63,747 bases of DNA, filler included, from Octopus bimaculoides (GCF_001194135.2; 5 parts of 5 records of this genome joined end to end with filler, not necessarily neighbours in it); one strand, 5' to 3'. Positions 42,641 to 55,749 are shown, counted from the whole stretch's first letter. Translations and numbers: made by a program. Notes: generated by a model not told the origin, from the sequence alone.

Positions 42641-44185
42641 CGTGTTATAATCACATAAAAAGTTTTCTTCAGCTTGAAGACTCATTACCGTAATTGATAA
42701 AGACACAATAACTATTTGTAAAATGTTAATTAATAATTTACTTCAAGTATTAGTATCTCATGAGTCCACGTTCAGTTAGTCTGATGAACACCTAATAAGT
42801 TTTGTTATTTAGTCACATAACTCTCTTTGTAATCGATTTAAAACCGTTTTCAAAAAAACATTTCCGAAGCCGCGTCATTGTTTTTTGATTGTTCTACACG
42901 TACAAGTCTTCGTAATTAATATAATCAACAATGAAGGACAGTGGAAATATTACAACCACGATACAATATCTTTTTTCTTCTTCATCAATTTGCATTTAAC
43001 ATCTTTATTCTCCATGTTCTCTTCTCTTCTACCCTCATACGTTTCTTCTTCCAGTTTCTCTTACACTTCCGTCCTGCTCATTAGTTTCTTCTTCCACCTG
43101 TGCAACATAGTTCAAACTTTTCCCAACCATTTCTCTCTGCTTCCTCTCTATTTTCTCTTCTCTGAATACTTCAATTTTCAACTTGTGAATATTTAAACTA
43201 CTTCCTCTCTCTCTCCCCGTCTATTTTATTTTACTTTTCTCACTATAGCTTTCTTCTTACTCTCTCTTTTTTCGAGTTAATTTCTGCGAAATATATAACA
43301 TTCCAAACCAATATCGAAAGGAAATCAATCTGACTCATTCAATACTTGTTACGTCTCATTAGTCTTTCACGCACTGTTTCTTAAGCAGATTGTCATTAAA
43401 ATTCTAAATGTTGAACTACTATTGTTAACATTTTCTTGCTTCCGTTTTCTTTATTTTTCTCTTCATAATATGATATGAGATCAGTCTGCAAGTAACCAAC
43501 GTTTATAATATAAATACGGAAACAAAAAAGATATCATGTCTCGACGTTTATTGTGGCGGAGCAAAATGTCCAAACATATTTATAATTGTAGAATATCAAT
43601 AAAAGTTAAACAAATAAAACTTGCATAACAAATATTAATTCTTAGTGGAAAAAAGATTAACGAATTTATGCTGAAATATATTTTAGATTTATTGAACTCC
43701 AAGTGTGTTTTTGGACAATTATTTTTTTTCGTTTAAGAACATGTTTGCGAACAAATTATGTTATATCGGTAAATGACACCGATATTACAGTTGTTACTGA
43801 AATATTTTACGACTAAGTTTGAAGAGATATGCTTAAATTCATAGAAAGTTTTAGCAACTAAAGAAATTAGAATGAGATATAATGAGAGCTACTTTATATA
43901 CGATTCTTTCAGATGCAAGGGAATATTCCCCTTAATTCAAGTAAATACCTTTTATTCAGTGTTATTGGTCCTAAACTCACGTAAAATGATGCCTATCACT
44001 ACCAATCGCAACTATATAATATTTTATCTTATGACACATATATAGACTATCAAATATAATTTTCTAAAGACCACATATTATACTAGACCATGAGAAACGC
44101 AGTAGGTTATCATGATTATTGTACTTATCCCTTAAAAATGCCTATCAAATAGGAGATTCGATTCAATAGTAGCTGTCGTGTTTTA

Positions 44186-44270
44186 TCATTGAGAGAGAAG
44201 CTGTACTGGAGCCCTTCCATCTTCTTCCATAGAATAACGACTTTCTAAAAGTGCTTCCCTGTCACTGAAC
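44186..44270 (-). CDS. Candidate terminal coding exon: (x)FSDREALLESRYSMEEDGRAPVQLLSQ*
   Basis: Acceptor ccaatttcag at 44271, then 1 nt plus 27 codons plus TGA. GC-richer than its flanks and followed by about 0.8 kb of unique AT-rich UTR-like DNA. Contains a DxxxLL motif. Confidence 0.5.
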
Positions 44271-44353
44271 CTGAAATTGGTGTTTATGTTTAGTATACAT
44301 ACACAACTCACACATGTTTATGTATACGAACACAGACACACACACATATATAC

Positions 44354-44386
<33 letters not shown>

Positions 44387-45281
44387 NNNNNNNNNNNNNN
44401 NNNNNNNNNNNNNNNNNNNNNNNNNNNNNNNNNNNNNNNNNNNNNNNNNNNNNNNNNNNNNNNNNNNNNNNNNNNNNNNNNNNNNNNNNNNNNNNNNNNN
44501 NNNNNNNNNNNNNNNNNNNNNNNNNNNNNNNNNNNNNNNNNNNNNNNNNNNNNNNNNNNNNNNNNNNNNNNNNNNNNNNNNNNNNNNNNNNNNNNNNNNN
44601 NNNNNNNNNNNNNNNNNNNNNNNNNNNNNNNNNNNNNNNNNNNNNNNNNNNNNNNNNNNNNNNNNNNNNNNNNNNNNNNNNNNNNNNNNNNNNNNNNNNN
44701 NNNNNNNNNNNNNNNNNNNNNNNNNNNNNNNNNNNNNNNNNNNNNNNNNNNNNNNNNNNNNNNNNNNNNNNNNNNNNNNNNNNNNNNNNNNNNNNNNNNN
44801 NNNNNNNNNNNNNNNNNNNNNNNNNNNNNNNNNNNNNNNNNNNNNNNNNNNNNNNNNNNNNNNNNNNNNNNNNNNNNNNNNNNNNNNNNNNNNNNNNNNN
44901 NNNNNNNNNNNNNNNNNNNNNNNNNNNNNNNNNNNNNNNNNNNNNNNNNNNNNNNNNNNNNNNNNNNNNNNNNNNNNNNNNNNNNNNNNNNNNNNNNNNN
45001 NNNNNNNNNNNNNNNNNNNNNNNNNNNNNNNNNNNNNNNNNNNNNNNNNNNNNNNNNNNNNNNNNNNNNNNNNNNNNNNNNNNNNNNNNNNNNNNNNNNN
45101 NNNNNNNNNNNNNNNNNNNNNNNNNNNNNNNNNNNNNNNNNNNNNNNNNNNNNNNNNNNNNNNNNNNNNNNNNNNNNNNNNNNNNNNNNNNNNNNNNNNN
45201 NNNNNNNNNNNNNNNNNNNNNNNNNNNNNNNNNNNNNNNNNNNNNNNNNNNNNNNNNNNNNNNNNNNNNNNNNNNNNNNNN

Positions 45282-45351
<70 letters not shown>

Positions 45352-45858
45352 GCGATGTCGTCGGCTCTATTTAAGTTCTTGCTACATTAGTTATAATTCC
45401 CGCCATCTAAATGTGGATGAAAAAACTTTAACGTGCTGCTGCCAATATGCTGCGTACATTTCTATCTTTCACTATGGATCGGACATCATAATTTGAACAT
45501 AACTTTTGTGCCAACACAATATAGAGAGGAACAATTACCACGCAACATGTAGTCCTATATACTAAAATACCTGCCAATTCACCGCCATAATTTACAGTAC
45601 ATGTTAGTGTTTTCCTGTGCCTATGCGAGCGTGTGTTTGTGTATATGTATATATGGAGAGATATAAGTGTTCAGTGGTCCCTTTCCTGATTTTGTTTCTT
45701 CATAGCGTTCCAAATAATGCAGATTTTTTAATGAAATTTTTGCAGGAATATATTTTCAAAGCTGTTATGATTATTTTGATGAACGTTTTTTACTTATCTT
45801 TATCTTATTCAGAACGAAATAACTTTCATATCTTTTTTTAAACCATTCAACAACTTAC

Positions 45859-45932
45859 TCATGGTTATTGCACAGCATAATGATGTCAGATGTTAGGTTC
45901 AATGCACAACATAGGTTATCTAATATTTTTTT
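45859..45932 (-). CDS. Candidate internal exon KKILDNLCCALNLTSDIIMLCNNH(E); alternative acceptor at 45919
   Basis: Donor GA|GTAAGT. Ends in phase 2, compatible with the 44270 exon. Acceptor is weak. Confidence 0.25.
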
Positions 45933-46172
45933 CTATATTAAAGTAGGTTAAACGTAAACTCGAAAAATCTTTTTTATATCATTCTTTCAAAATTATGTTA
46001 AGAATGAATAAGATCATTCAAGATAATGTCAGATCTATATTTTTTTAATACAGTACAACGACGATGAACGAGCCAGTGAATGGCTAAACAGGCATGGATT
46101 TGTTTTGTTTTATTTATTATGATTTTTTTTATTTAGTAAAAAAAAGTTTTGAAATTTCATAAAAATATTCGT

Positions 46173-46442
46173 AATTTACACCTTCAGAAACCTATCGCTG
46201 TAGAATCTCATAGAAAATATGCATTATTAAAAATGTAATGAAGAAAATAAGTAAGGAGAGGGTTGGTAATAAACTCCAATTATGCATATCTATATCTATA
46301 CCAATGTGGGATTGTGCGTTTACTATTTTATATATATTTAAATTTCATCAACGTAATCGCAATCTACACCTTTAGAAATCTATCTCTGAAAATTTCATAG
46401 AAAATATGCATTATTAAGAAAGTTATGAAAAAACTGAGTCGG
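46173..46442 (+). repeat. Diverged direct repeat of about 83 bp (46173-46256 and 46361-46442)
   Basis: Both read aat.tacacctt.agaaa.ctatc.ctg.a.aat.tcatagaaaatatgcattattaa. Confidence 0.75.
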
Positions 46443-47544
46443 TGAAGGAATGTCTCTAAAGCTTTAGTCATGAATATATAAATGTATATGTGTAAAATGT
46501 TATATATGGCTGTATGTGTACGTACGTATGTATGTATGTATGTATGTATGTATGTATGTATGTATGTATGTATGTATGTGTCTGTGTGTGTGTGTGTATG
46601 TATGTATGTAAGAAATAGCTATTACGTCCATATATCTATATGTATGTATGTGTATAAATATATATATAGATGAATATTTATGCATTTATGTATATGTACC
46701 CGTGTCTGTATGAATGTTCACACACACACATACACGCACACACACACACACACACACTCTCTCTCTCTCTCTCTCTTTCTCTCTCACACACTCACTCACT
46801 CATACATGTGCATTGGCACACATATGTAGTGCTAGTTTGTCGACGACGCAAATTTCTCCGAAATTATTCTACGTACCTTGACTGCTCTTCTTCACGCGCT
46901 CTCTAAGTATGCATATATATATATTATTACAAATTAAAAGGGTAAAGGAATTATCAATTTATTAATTAATAAATCAATTAACAATTAATAATTCTTACCA
47001 AGCCCATCGATATGAAAGCACCATTATTGGTGGAGAACTTATTTAAAAGCTCATATATATATTTATAAACATAATTAAGGGATCAGCAAATATTTGCTTC
47101 ACCATATANNNNNNNNNNNNNNNNNNNNNNNNNNNNNNNNNNNNNNNNNNNNNNNNNNNNNNNNNNNNNNNNNNNNNNNNNNNNNNNNNNNNNNNNNNNN
47201 NNNNNNNNNNNNNNNNNNNNNNNNNNNNNNNNNNNNNNNNNNNNNNNNNNNNNNNNNNNNNNNNNNNNNNNNNNNNNNNNNNNNNNNNNNNNNNNNNNNN
47301 NNNNNNNNNNNNNNNNNNNNNNNNNNNNNNNNNNNNNNNNNNNNNNNNNNNNNNNNNNNNNNNNNNNNNNNNNNNNNNNNNNNNNNNNNNNNNNNNNNNN
47401 NNNNNNNNNNNNNNNNNNNNNNNNNNNNNNNNNNNNNNNNNNNNNNNNNTTACATGTTTCGGTTCCTGAAAAAAACGAACCTTATCGAAAATACATATTT
47501 AAAAAAATATGTAATGAAAAGAAAAGTTCATAATTGTTTCTTAC

Positions 47545-47624
47545 TGGTGTCAACAGAGTCCATGTGGAACCGTTTTATGTGTGGGGACATAATGGTTGTC
47601 TTGTGCGTGGACTTGAATCGTTGG
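47545..47624 (-). CDS. Candidate internal exon QRFKSTHKTTIMSPHIKRFHMDSVDT
   Basis: Acceptor ctactacag, donor CCA|GTAAGA, one open frame. Phase-compatible with the 45919 acceptor. Confidence 0.2.
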
Positions 47625-47729
47625 CTGTAGTAGTATTACATGCACGCTCACACTCACATTTGTTTAATGAAAATTAATACACGTATTGTCAATCCAACAG
47701 ACCGGCATTATTACTTTCGTCCCTTCGCG

Positions 47730-47786
<57 letters not shown>

Positions 47787-47850
47787 TTATTTTCCTATCT
47801 CTTTTTCCCTCGCATTGTATGCACAGTAATATTGTTCACTTAAAAATTTC

Positions 47851-48129
47851 TGGAGTAAACATAGTTTGCCAGCATAACATGGCAGTCCTGGTTTAGGACG
47901 AATGTTGCTGTAATTTAGCCCCAGGAGACATCGTCTCCAGCTGGCTATACAACACGATCAGTGTTCTTATATTTTCGAACAAGGGTGCTAGATTCCCTTG
48001 TTTGAAAATATAAGGACACAGATCGTGTTGTAAAGCCAGCTGGAGATGATATCTCCTGGGGCTAAATTACAGCAACATTCGTGCTAAACCAAGACTGCCA
48101 TGTTATGTTGGCAAATAATCTTTACTCCA
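47851..48129. mobile_element. Foldback/MITE-like palindrome: 135-bp arms, 9-nt loop
   Basis: 47851-47985 is the reverse complement of 47995-48129 with 12 mismatches and no indels by manual alignment. Loop is tgctagatt. Confidence 0.85.
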
Positions 48130-48591
48130 AAGTACTGTTGCTGAATATCTCTCGTTGTGAGATTTAAAAATAGTAATTTTTAAAAAAGTTCCGTCTCGCA
48201 ACCTATGATTAATATGTATGTGTTTGCGCACGCGTGCCTGTCGTATACATATGTATGTATGCATTTATGTATGTGCATGTCATTGTGAGTGTATGTGTGT
48301 TTTTGCAGCTTTGTTTTCCTCCTACTTTATTGTCTAATGTTGTGAGCGACAATGGAGAAACGTTTAATTTCACCGTTGATAAAGGAAAGTAAACTTCGTC
48401 TGCTCTGAGAGTTCTAGGATGCAAACATTCTGGAAATGTTTCAGACAATTGAGCTTAAGTACATTAGTTAAAACTTTTCATCTTCGAAAATTTCGGCTAC
48501 AATTAAACAGTATTTAAATTCTAGTCTTATATAGAAATACGTGTATGCGTGCATGGGAATATATGTAAGCACGTATATATGTACATATACA

Positions 48592-48664
<73 letters not shown>

Positions 48665-49664
48665 GCATACACACATGTATATATGCATATAAACACACAC
48701 ACACACACACATATATTTATACATATACATATACACACACGTACGCACAAACATACACACACACACATCTATACATGCATTTATATATATATACTTGTAT
48801 ATATGTGTACATATATATAAATGTATATATATGTAGGTATGTATACCTATATATGAGTGTATGTCTGCTTATGTGCGTAATAATGTTTAAAATACGTAGA
48901 CCAGCAATGTTTAAAATAATAAAGCCTAACGAGAGGTTTGTAGTAAAATGGAAGTTGGACATAAACCTTCAGGAAACTGTCACTTATTCAACCCGGTGTC
49001 TTGAACAAAGAAACACATGTAATGTATAAATATTCAAGCTTACTATCATAGTTATAAAAGTCAAAAACTATTTTAAATACTGCGAAACTTTGAATGATAA
49101 TAGAAATAACCACAACATCAACAGCAACAACAACGACGACAACAACAACAATAACAACAATAATCATAATGCAACGAAACAAACGTAAACAAATTAGTTA
49201 AGCTGTCAGGCAATGAAATAGATTGCGTTATTTTGAACGTAAAACCTTTGACAAGATAAAGAAGAAAATATAAACACGCTATGAAAAAAAAATTGCATGC
49301 GTTATTGGATGAGCATATTAAATCTAGAAACTCTATAAAAACAAACTGCTTGTTCGTGCCAAATAAACGAACTGATAACTTGAATAAATCAACTTCCAAA
49401 TAATATATGTTTCGTAGCATAAATCAGTCTCGATTCAATTAAAATTCTGAGACTCGGGACTTTTCTTATAGGGAACTGTACGCAGACAGTTCAGCGACTG
49501 TATTAGGTTAGCATAACCTGCACATATTAACTTCTAGCAACTTCAAACATAAGATTTTCTGAAAACATTCTTTGTAACCTTACTTTTAATATTCTCTGAA
49601 ATATACCCATATAAAATTTTGAAAGAGGGCGACCAATTAAATTAGCAAGAATAATGCAGTTGTT

Positions 49665-49667
49665 GTT

Positions 49668-49704
<37 letters not shown>

Positions 49705-49705
49705 C

Positions 49706-49743
<38 letters not shown>

Positions 49744-49804
49744 TATTAATAAAAATAAAAATAAAAATAATAAAAATAATAATAATAATAATAATAAAAA
49801 TAAA

Positions 49805-49860
<56 letters not shown>

Positions 49861-49875
49861 TAATAATAATAATGA
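49665..49875 (+). repeat. Compound (AGT)n/(AAT)n microsatellite
   Basis: Direct reading. Confidence 0.9.
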
Positions 49876-50254
49876 TAATAGAAAAAAAGTGATGGTCACT
49901 GTACGTTCACATAACGAATTGATCAAAATATATTAAAATTATTTATGATTTCGAACGACTTTGAATAGATGCTATTTAATGTTTATAAAATAGTCTTATT
50001 GAAAAATAATAAATAAAACAAGAAAAGTTGTTTACAATTTAACAGTCGGTCAATGGTACAATATTATTTATTATGTTGTTTCCTATTGACCACTCAAGTA
50101 CTCAACAAAAAATAACGAGCTGTATGAAATTAACAGTTGCATGCAGTTGCAAACGGTACAGAAGGACGATAATTAGGGTATAAGTGACTCTTAAAATCGA
50201 TGACATTTTCCTTAGTTTTGATCAGTAATCAATATTGGGAGGTGACTTTACGCC

Positions 50255-50660
50255 GAGATCATGTGCGCTTATGAAGTGTTGGCACTCCGTCGTTTACGAC
50301 GTCGAGGGTTCCAGTCGATCCGATCAACGGAACAGCCTGCTCGTGAAATTAATGTGCAAGTGGCTGAGCACTCCACAGACACGTGTACCCCTAACGTAGT
50401 TCTCGGGGATATTCAGCGTGACACAGTGTGACAAGGCTGACCCTTTGAATTACAGGCACAACAGAAACAGGAAGTAAGAGTGAGATAAATTCGTGGTGAA
50501 AGAGTACAGCAGGGTTCGCCACCATCCCCTGCCAGAGCCTCGTGGAGCTTTAGGTGTTTTCGCTCAATAAACACTCACAACGCCCGGTCTTGGAATCGAA
50601 ACCGCGATTCTATGACCGCGTGTCCTCTGCCCTAACCACTGGGCCATTGCGCCTCCACAA
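50255..50660 (-). mobile_element. tRNA-derived SINE family C, near full length; related heads at about 25950-26137 (-) and 7790-7930 (+)
   Basis: Minus 5' end gtggaggcgcaatggcccagtggttaggg (A box)...ggtttcgattcc (B box)...gttgtgagtgtttattgagcgaaaacacc. Confidence 0.75.
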
Positions 50661-50888
50661 CTTATGAAGTAGCAAGTAGATAAAAAAAATAAATAAATAA
50701 AGCGAAGTTACCCAACTGTGAGAAAGTGACAGCTGCAACGTCCGGATCTTGACAAATATGACACTTGGAGAGCAAAAGCAAGACGGAGAGGAAGGATAGA
50801 TAGATCGATAGATACATAGATGATAGATAGTTCCAGATCGTCTTTGCAATTTCGGCCAGCTATAATCGTGTATGTGCGTGCATGAGTT

Positions 50889-50964
<76 letters not shown>

Positions 50965-51404
50965 TGTGTGCTCCCGGCTGAAATGAAATGTTACTTTAGG
51001 GCTTAAGCTTACTCGATCAAACCTGACATGGGTTAAACAACAGCAACAGTTACAGTATCATCATCGTCAGCAGCATCAGTAGCAGTAGCAGTAGTAGCAA
51101 GCATTATATATCTTCATATTCGATACATCATTCTTTTATATAGCATCCGAACAACCCTGATATACATCATTCAACCTATAAACATCCTTTCTTTCATATC
51201 TTTTCATCTTAATGTTTGTCTTGAAGACGTTAAGGTCATTATTTGAGGGAGAATTAACTGCTCTTTCTAGGAGATAGTACATCCACGCTGTTTGTTATTA
51301 CAATACGTTATGGATATTCCATATATTTGAACGAATGTACTGTTTTAATATCGAATATTACATATCGAAGGGCCAAGCCCAAAGTTAATTTACTCAGAAA
51401 GAAA

Positions 51405-51447
<43 letters not shown>

Positions 51448-51461
51448 TATCGCCTAGAGTA

Positions 51462-51493
<32 letters not shown>

Positions 51494-52142
51494 CACATAA
51501 ATGAATGTGTGTGTGTGTGTTTATGTGTGTGTGCATGTCTGTATATATATATACATACATATATATATGCATATATATGTGTGTGTGTGAATGAGTGTGG
51601 ATGTCTGTTTGTGTCCGTGCCCGTGTGTCCGCGTGTATGTGTGTGTGTTTGTGTGTGTGTGTCTGTTTGTGTGTGTGTCCGTGTATGCGTATGTATATAT
51701 GCATATATGCATTCTGATGGCCTACTGAATTAAAGCAGCTGGATATTAATGCGAGAACCGTTGTCGTTGATGCTGTTGTTTTTTTAATACTCTCTGTATT
51801 TGCCTAAGCGCCAAATTTGTAAATATAATGATTCAAACATATAAAAAAGTACACGTAAAATGCACAAAGCCTTATATTAGTATATAATGAAGGAGCCAGA
51901 AAGGTTCGTTTATTAGTTCGTATATTTTCTTATATCCATCATATTCTTGGCCAATGTATAGATATTACAAAAATAATTATCTACAATTGAAACACCTATT
52001 TTCTGAAAGTATTTAAGTGATATAAGATCGATGTGTCTTTGGCACTTACTTTAGTCGGGACTCAATTGTTTTTTGGTTTCATGCTGTATTAGTTTGGGAA
52101 TTCTCATCTGTCTTTTATATGTTCTGGTAGTTTCTTTCTTTA

Positions 52143-52173
<31 letters not shown>

Positions 52174-52273
52174 TAAGTGATGGAAGAAGTCTAGCAATAA
52201 CGAGATAAAATTTTAAACATACATACATACGCACACTCGCACAAGCACATATACATATACATATACAAACATG

Positions 52274-52307
<34 letters not shown>

Positions 52308-52474
52308 TGTATATATGTATGTATCTATCTATATATATATATATACGTATATATATATGCAGGTATATATATANNNNNNNNNNNNNNNNNNNNNNNNNNN
52401 NNNNNNNNNNNNNNNNNTTAATTAATTAANNNNNNNNNNNNNNNNNNNNNNNNNNNNNNNNNNNNNNNNNNNNT

Positions 52475-53017
52475 TAAGTTAAAACTTCTAAAAAATTTCC
52501 TAATTTTCTTTCTTATTCTCTCAATGAAAGATTTATTATTACTAGGGATGATGAATAAAGCATCATCCCTATATAGACCGCCTTTTAGCTCCGGGATTTC
52601 TTTGTTTAAGCAATATAAGAGGTAAGCTCCTACTAGATTCGTAACCTCAGCCGAATCGCTCGACCCCATGGGTATATCAAAATTATCTGAGGTATCGGCT
52701 CTAGTCCAGAGCTTGCTATCAAATTCAATAATAGTTCTTCTAGCTAACAAAATAATGTCTATCTTATCCTTAGTAATGAGGGAGCGATTCATAGCAAAAA
52801 TGAGAGCCTTATTTAGGAGAATAGGGGATATGGTAGAGTAATAATTATTTATATCAAACTGAATAAACGAAAAGTTACCAGTGTTGTCAATAAATTTAAA
52901 CCAGTTTAGTGCTTCTTCTGTATTATTCCATAACTTTAAGGATAAATTAGGAATTATAAGAGGTAAAATATTGTCTAGTATAAGTTTACTAAGTCTGCCA
53001 ATGTCAGACCTAATCCT
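52475..53017 (-). mobile_element. Penelope-like element reverse transcriptase fragment; 5'-truncated, 3' side lost in gap
   Basis: Extending the 52418-52792 ORF upstream by hand gives 181 codons with no stop: RIRSDIGRLSKLILDNILP...LWNNTEEALNWF...FIQFDINNYYSTIS..LLNKAL...FDIPMGSSDSAEVTNLVGAYLL...GGLYRDDALF...IERIRKKIRKFF. These match PLE RT motifs (FDxxxxYxSI, MGSxDxAExxxLVG, GLYRDD). Confidence 0.9.
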
Positions 53018-53469
53018 TTATAACCATATCTTTTATAGCCTTGTCCATGCATAATGCTTACACCTTCCCTTTCCTTAGAAGTGATTGTCCCTCATACTAT
53101 TACTACTAGATAAGAGACAATAAAATCAGAGACAGTTTAAAATTTTTGCCTAGAACCAATTACTAGCCTGATAGACTTGGCTATGTCAAGATGGATTTTT
53201 ATATATTCTTCCTCCCACTTGGATTTGAAATGTTGCCACAATTATAATATGTCTATTCTACTGTAATTTTCTGCATTTTCCTGCAGCTGAAGATTGCTCT
53301 ACATATTGCATTTAATGTAATGCTCGCATTACTTAAATAAATGGAGTAGCATGAAACGTGCGTACTGCAATCATCTTTGAAATCCGTGTTGCTTATTTTG
53401 ATTTTTTTTAATATATATATATATATATATGCATACATATACATAAACAAATATCATTTTATTATTTTA

Positions 53470-53640
53470 CGCACACGCACGCCCATATATGATGGGATTC
53501 TTTCAATTTCCATCTACCAAATCCACTCACAAGGCTTTGGCCAGTTCAAGGTTATGATAGAAGGTATCTGTCAAAGTGCCATGCAGTGGGACTGAGCTTG
53601 GAATCATGCGGTTGTGAAGCAAATTTTTTACCACTTCCAT
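53470..53640 (-). mobile_element. SINE family A copy (CpG-decayed)
   Basis: tttcaatttccatctaccaaatccactcacaaggctttgg...atgcagtgggactga. Confidence 0.7.
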
Positions 53641-53714
53641 AGTGAATATTCCTGTTGTTTTCTTGACCAAACTTTCTTACTTGTTTATTTGGAAGTAGCT
53701 GAGTATTTCACACA

Positions 53715-53950
53715 CTCTTATTTCTTTATTGTCCACAAGGGGCTAAATATAGAGAGGACAAACAAGGACAGACAAATGGATTAAGTCGATTACATCGACC
53801 CCAGTGCGTAACTGGTACTTAATTTATCGACCCCCGAAAGAATGAAAGGCAAAGTCGACCTCAGCAGAATTTGAAATCAGAACGTAAAGACAGATGAAAT
53901 ACCACAAAGCATTTCGCCCAGCATGCTAATGTTTCTGCCAGCTCGCCGCT
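53715..53950 (-). mobile_element. SINE family B full copy
   Basis: Reverse complement aligns end to end with 30743-30978. Confidence 0.9.
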
Positions 53951-54867
53951 CTCTTAAAACAACCTCTGGTAGTTTGAGTGTGATGCAGTGTAAAACAGGG
54001 CTGGACCTTTGATTTACAGACACACTATCTAACAGGCTTCCACACAGTTTCTGTCTAATTACAAAGCACAGCCTGACATTGGGTGGTAGTAAAAGACACT
54101 CATCTAAAATTCCACATTATGAGATTGAGCCTGAGACTTCAGGATTAAGAAATGAACTTATCTACTCCGAGAAAAAATATACCTAATCAAAGGATTTCAG
54201 CCACAAGCTATCAAATGTCCTGTCAAAATAAATAAAACCATTCAAGAAGTTTGGTACATAATATGATGCACATACTCAGAGACACCCATATCTGCGCCCA
54301 TGTGCACTATGTATTTACGTATGTACACACATACATGTTTGCAAGCATACATAAATGATTACTGTGGATGTTATTTAAATTCCAGTGAAAGAGTTGTGCT
54401 TCTCAGCCAGTAACCAGTTCTTTCTCAATTAGTGAGAAATTCAGAAAATATAACCAGGAAAACATGCACACACTACTCAGACATATTAATCAATTGTAAA
54501 ACTTCTATTTTCATTATTCAATATTTCTTCTTTACATATATATTTACTATTTACCATCATTATATTACTAATTCTGACCTTTTGACATTTACAATTTCTG
54601 TAAACCATGTTTACCATACTTATTTGTTGCAAATCATTGGGAAATAAAATTGGGCTTGAAGAAATACTGATCTTTGAAATAATGTTAAATGACAGTAAAT
54701 TTGAGCTAAATGTTATTGTCTTCTCTTACTTTTATTTTGCTAGTAAACTCAGAAATAGACACTTATCTGAAGTAGTCCTATAATTTCTTTCTCTGCCTTG
54801 AGCTTCTCTATCATTTCCCAGTTGTCCAACACTATTTCAGGCCAAGTTTTTTTTTCCTCACAGACAA

Positions 54868-54916
<49 letters not shown>

Positions 54917-55544
54917 GACAAAAACACTGATGTTTAATATCCACTTCTACAAGTCTGCTAGGCATAAACTTTAATAAACTAATCTATTTGTTTACTTATA
55001 TACATGTGTTACATGGCAATTTGCTGGGAAAAAATCAATGGTTTGCTTATGTGCGTATCTATTTATGTATCTATCTATATATCTAGAGGGATTCAGACAT
55101 GCCTACACACATATCTATATCTGCACATACATGCACTCTCTTTTATGTGTCTGTGTGTAGAATGTGCAAAAAGTGGAAAGAAATGAAGTCTACTCTGCTG
55201 GATGTGTAATGTTAGTATACTTGAACAACAGAGGAGAAATGAGTTGAGAGAAAGCCTGGCATATTGAACAAGGGAGAAAATTGCATTGGCACAAACATGT
55301 AATGTGTATGGAGGTTGATAGCTGGGTATATATAACAATACTTGGAAACATATATATATATATACAACCTTACTTGGGAAGAGGTGTAAGATGGTGATAA
55401 GAAAAGCATTTGGTTATAGAAAATCCACCTCAACAAATTTCATTCAACCTATGTGAGCATAGAAACTAGACAGTGACTAATGTGTGTGTGTGTGTGTGCA
55501 AGTACACACACACACACACACACATATATTTGTATACACAAACA

Positions 55545-55749
55545 GGTGAGTACATAAATGCAAAACAAAATGGGAAAAATAGTACTCAAATACCGAAAGT
55601 AGAGTAATATGCTTTTATTAAAGCTGCAAAGTCTTCACAAACTGAAGTTCCCACTCATCAGTGTGTGGTAATCATAACTGTTCAACAAATGGGAATGTGA
55701 AACTTTGAGTAACTCTGAGTTTGTGAAGATTTTGCAGCTTTAATAAAAG
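55545..55749. mobile_element. PLE-like terminal repeat in inverted arrangement with hammerhead relics
   Basis: 32-bp arms 55612-55643 and 55718-55749 (1 mismatch). Minus-strand CTGATGA at 55655-55661. Plus-strand tcaacaa-ATG-GGAA-TGT-GAAA-CTT-t-GAG-TA at 55682-55711 reads as a CpG-deaminated minimal HHR. Confidence 0.55.

Noticed and set aside
42781-42800. Other CTGA(T/A)GA hits (9895, 25193 minus, 33874 minus, 42781, 53287)
   Set aside because: None has a downstream GAAA with stems II/III and an NUH site.
46054-46122. Plus-strand acceptor followed by YNDDERASEWLNRHGF...
   Set aside because: Protein-like, but has no canonical donor or compatible partner exon and conflicts with the minus-strand model. 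Not supportable without RNA data.
48309-48388. Plus-strand exon-like LCFPPTLLSNVVSDNGETFNFTVDKG
   Set aside because: Isolated, with a weak donor and no recognisable family.
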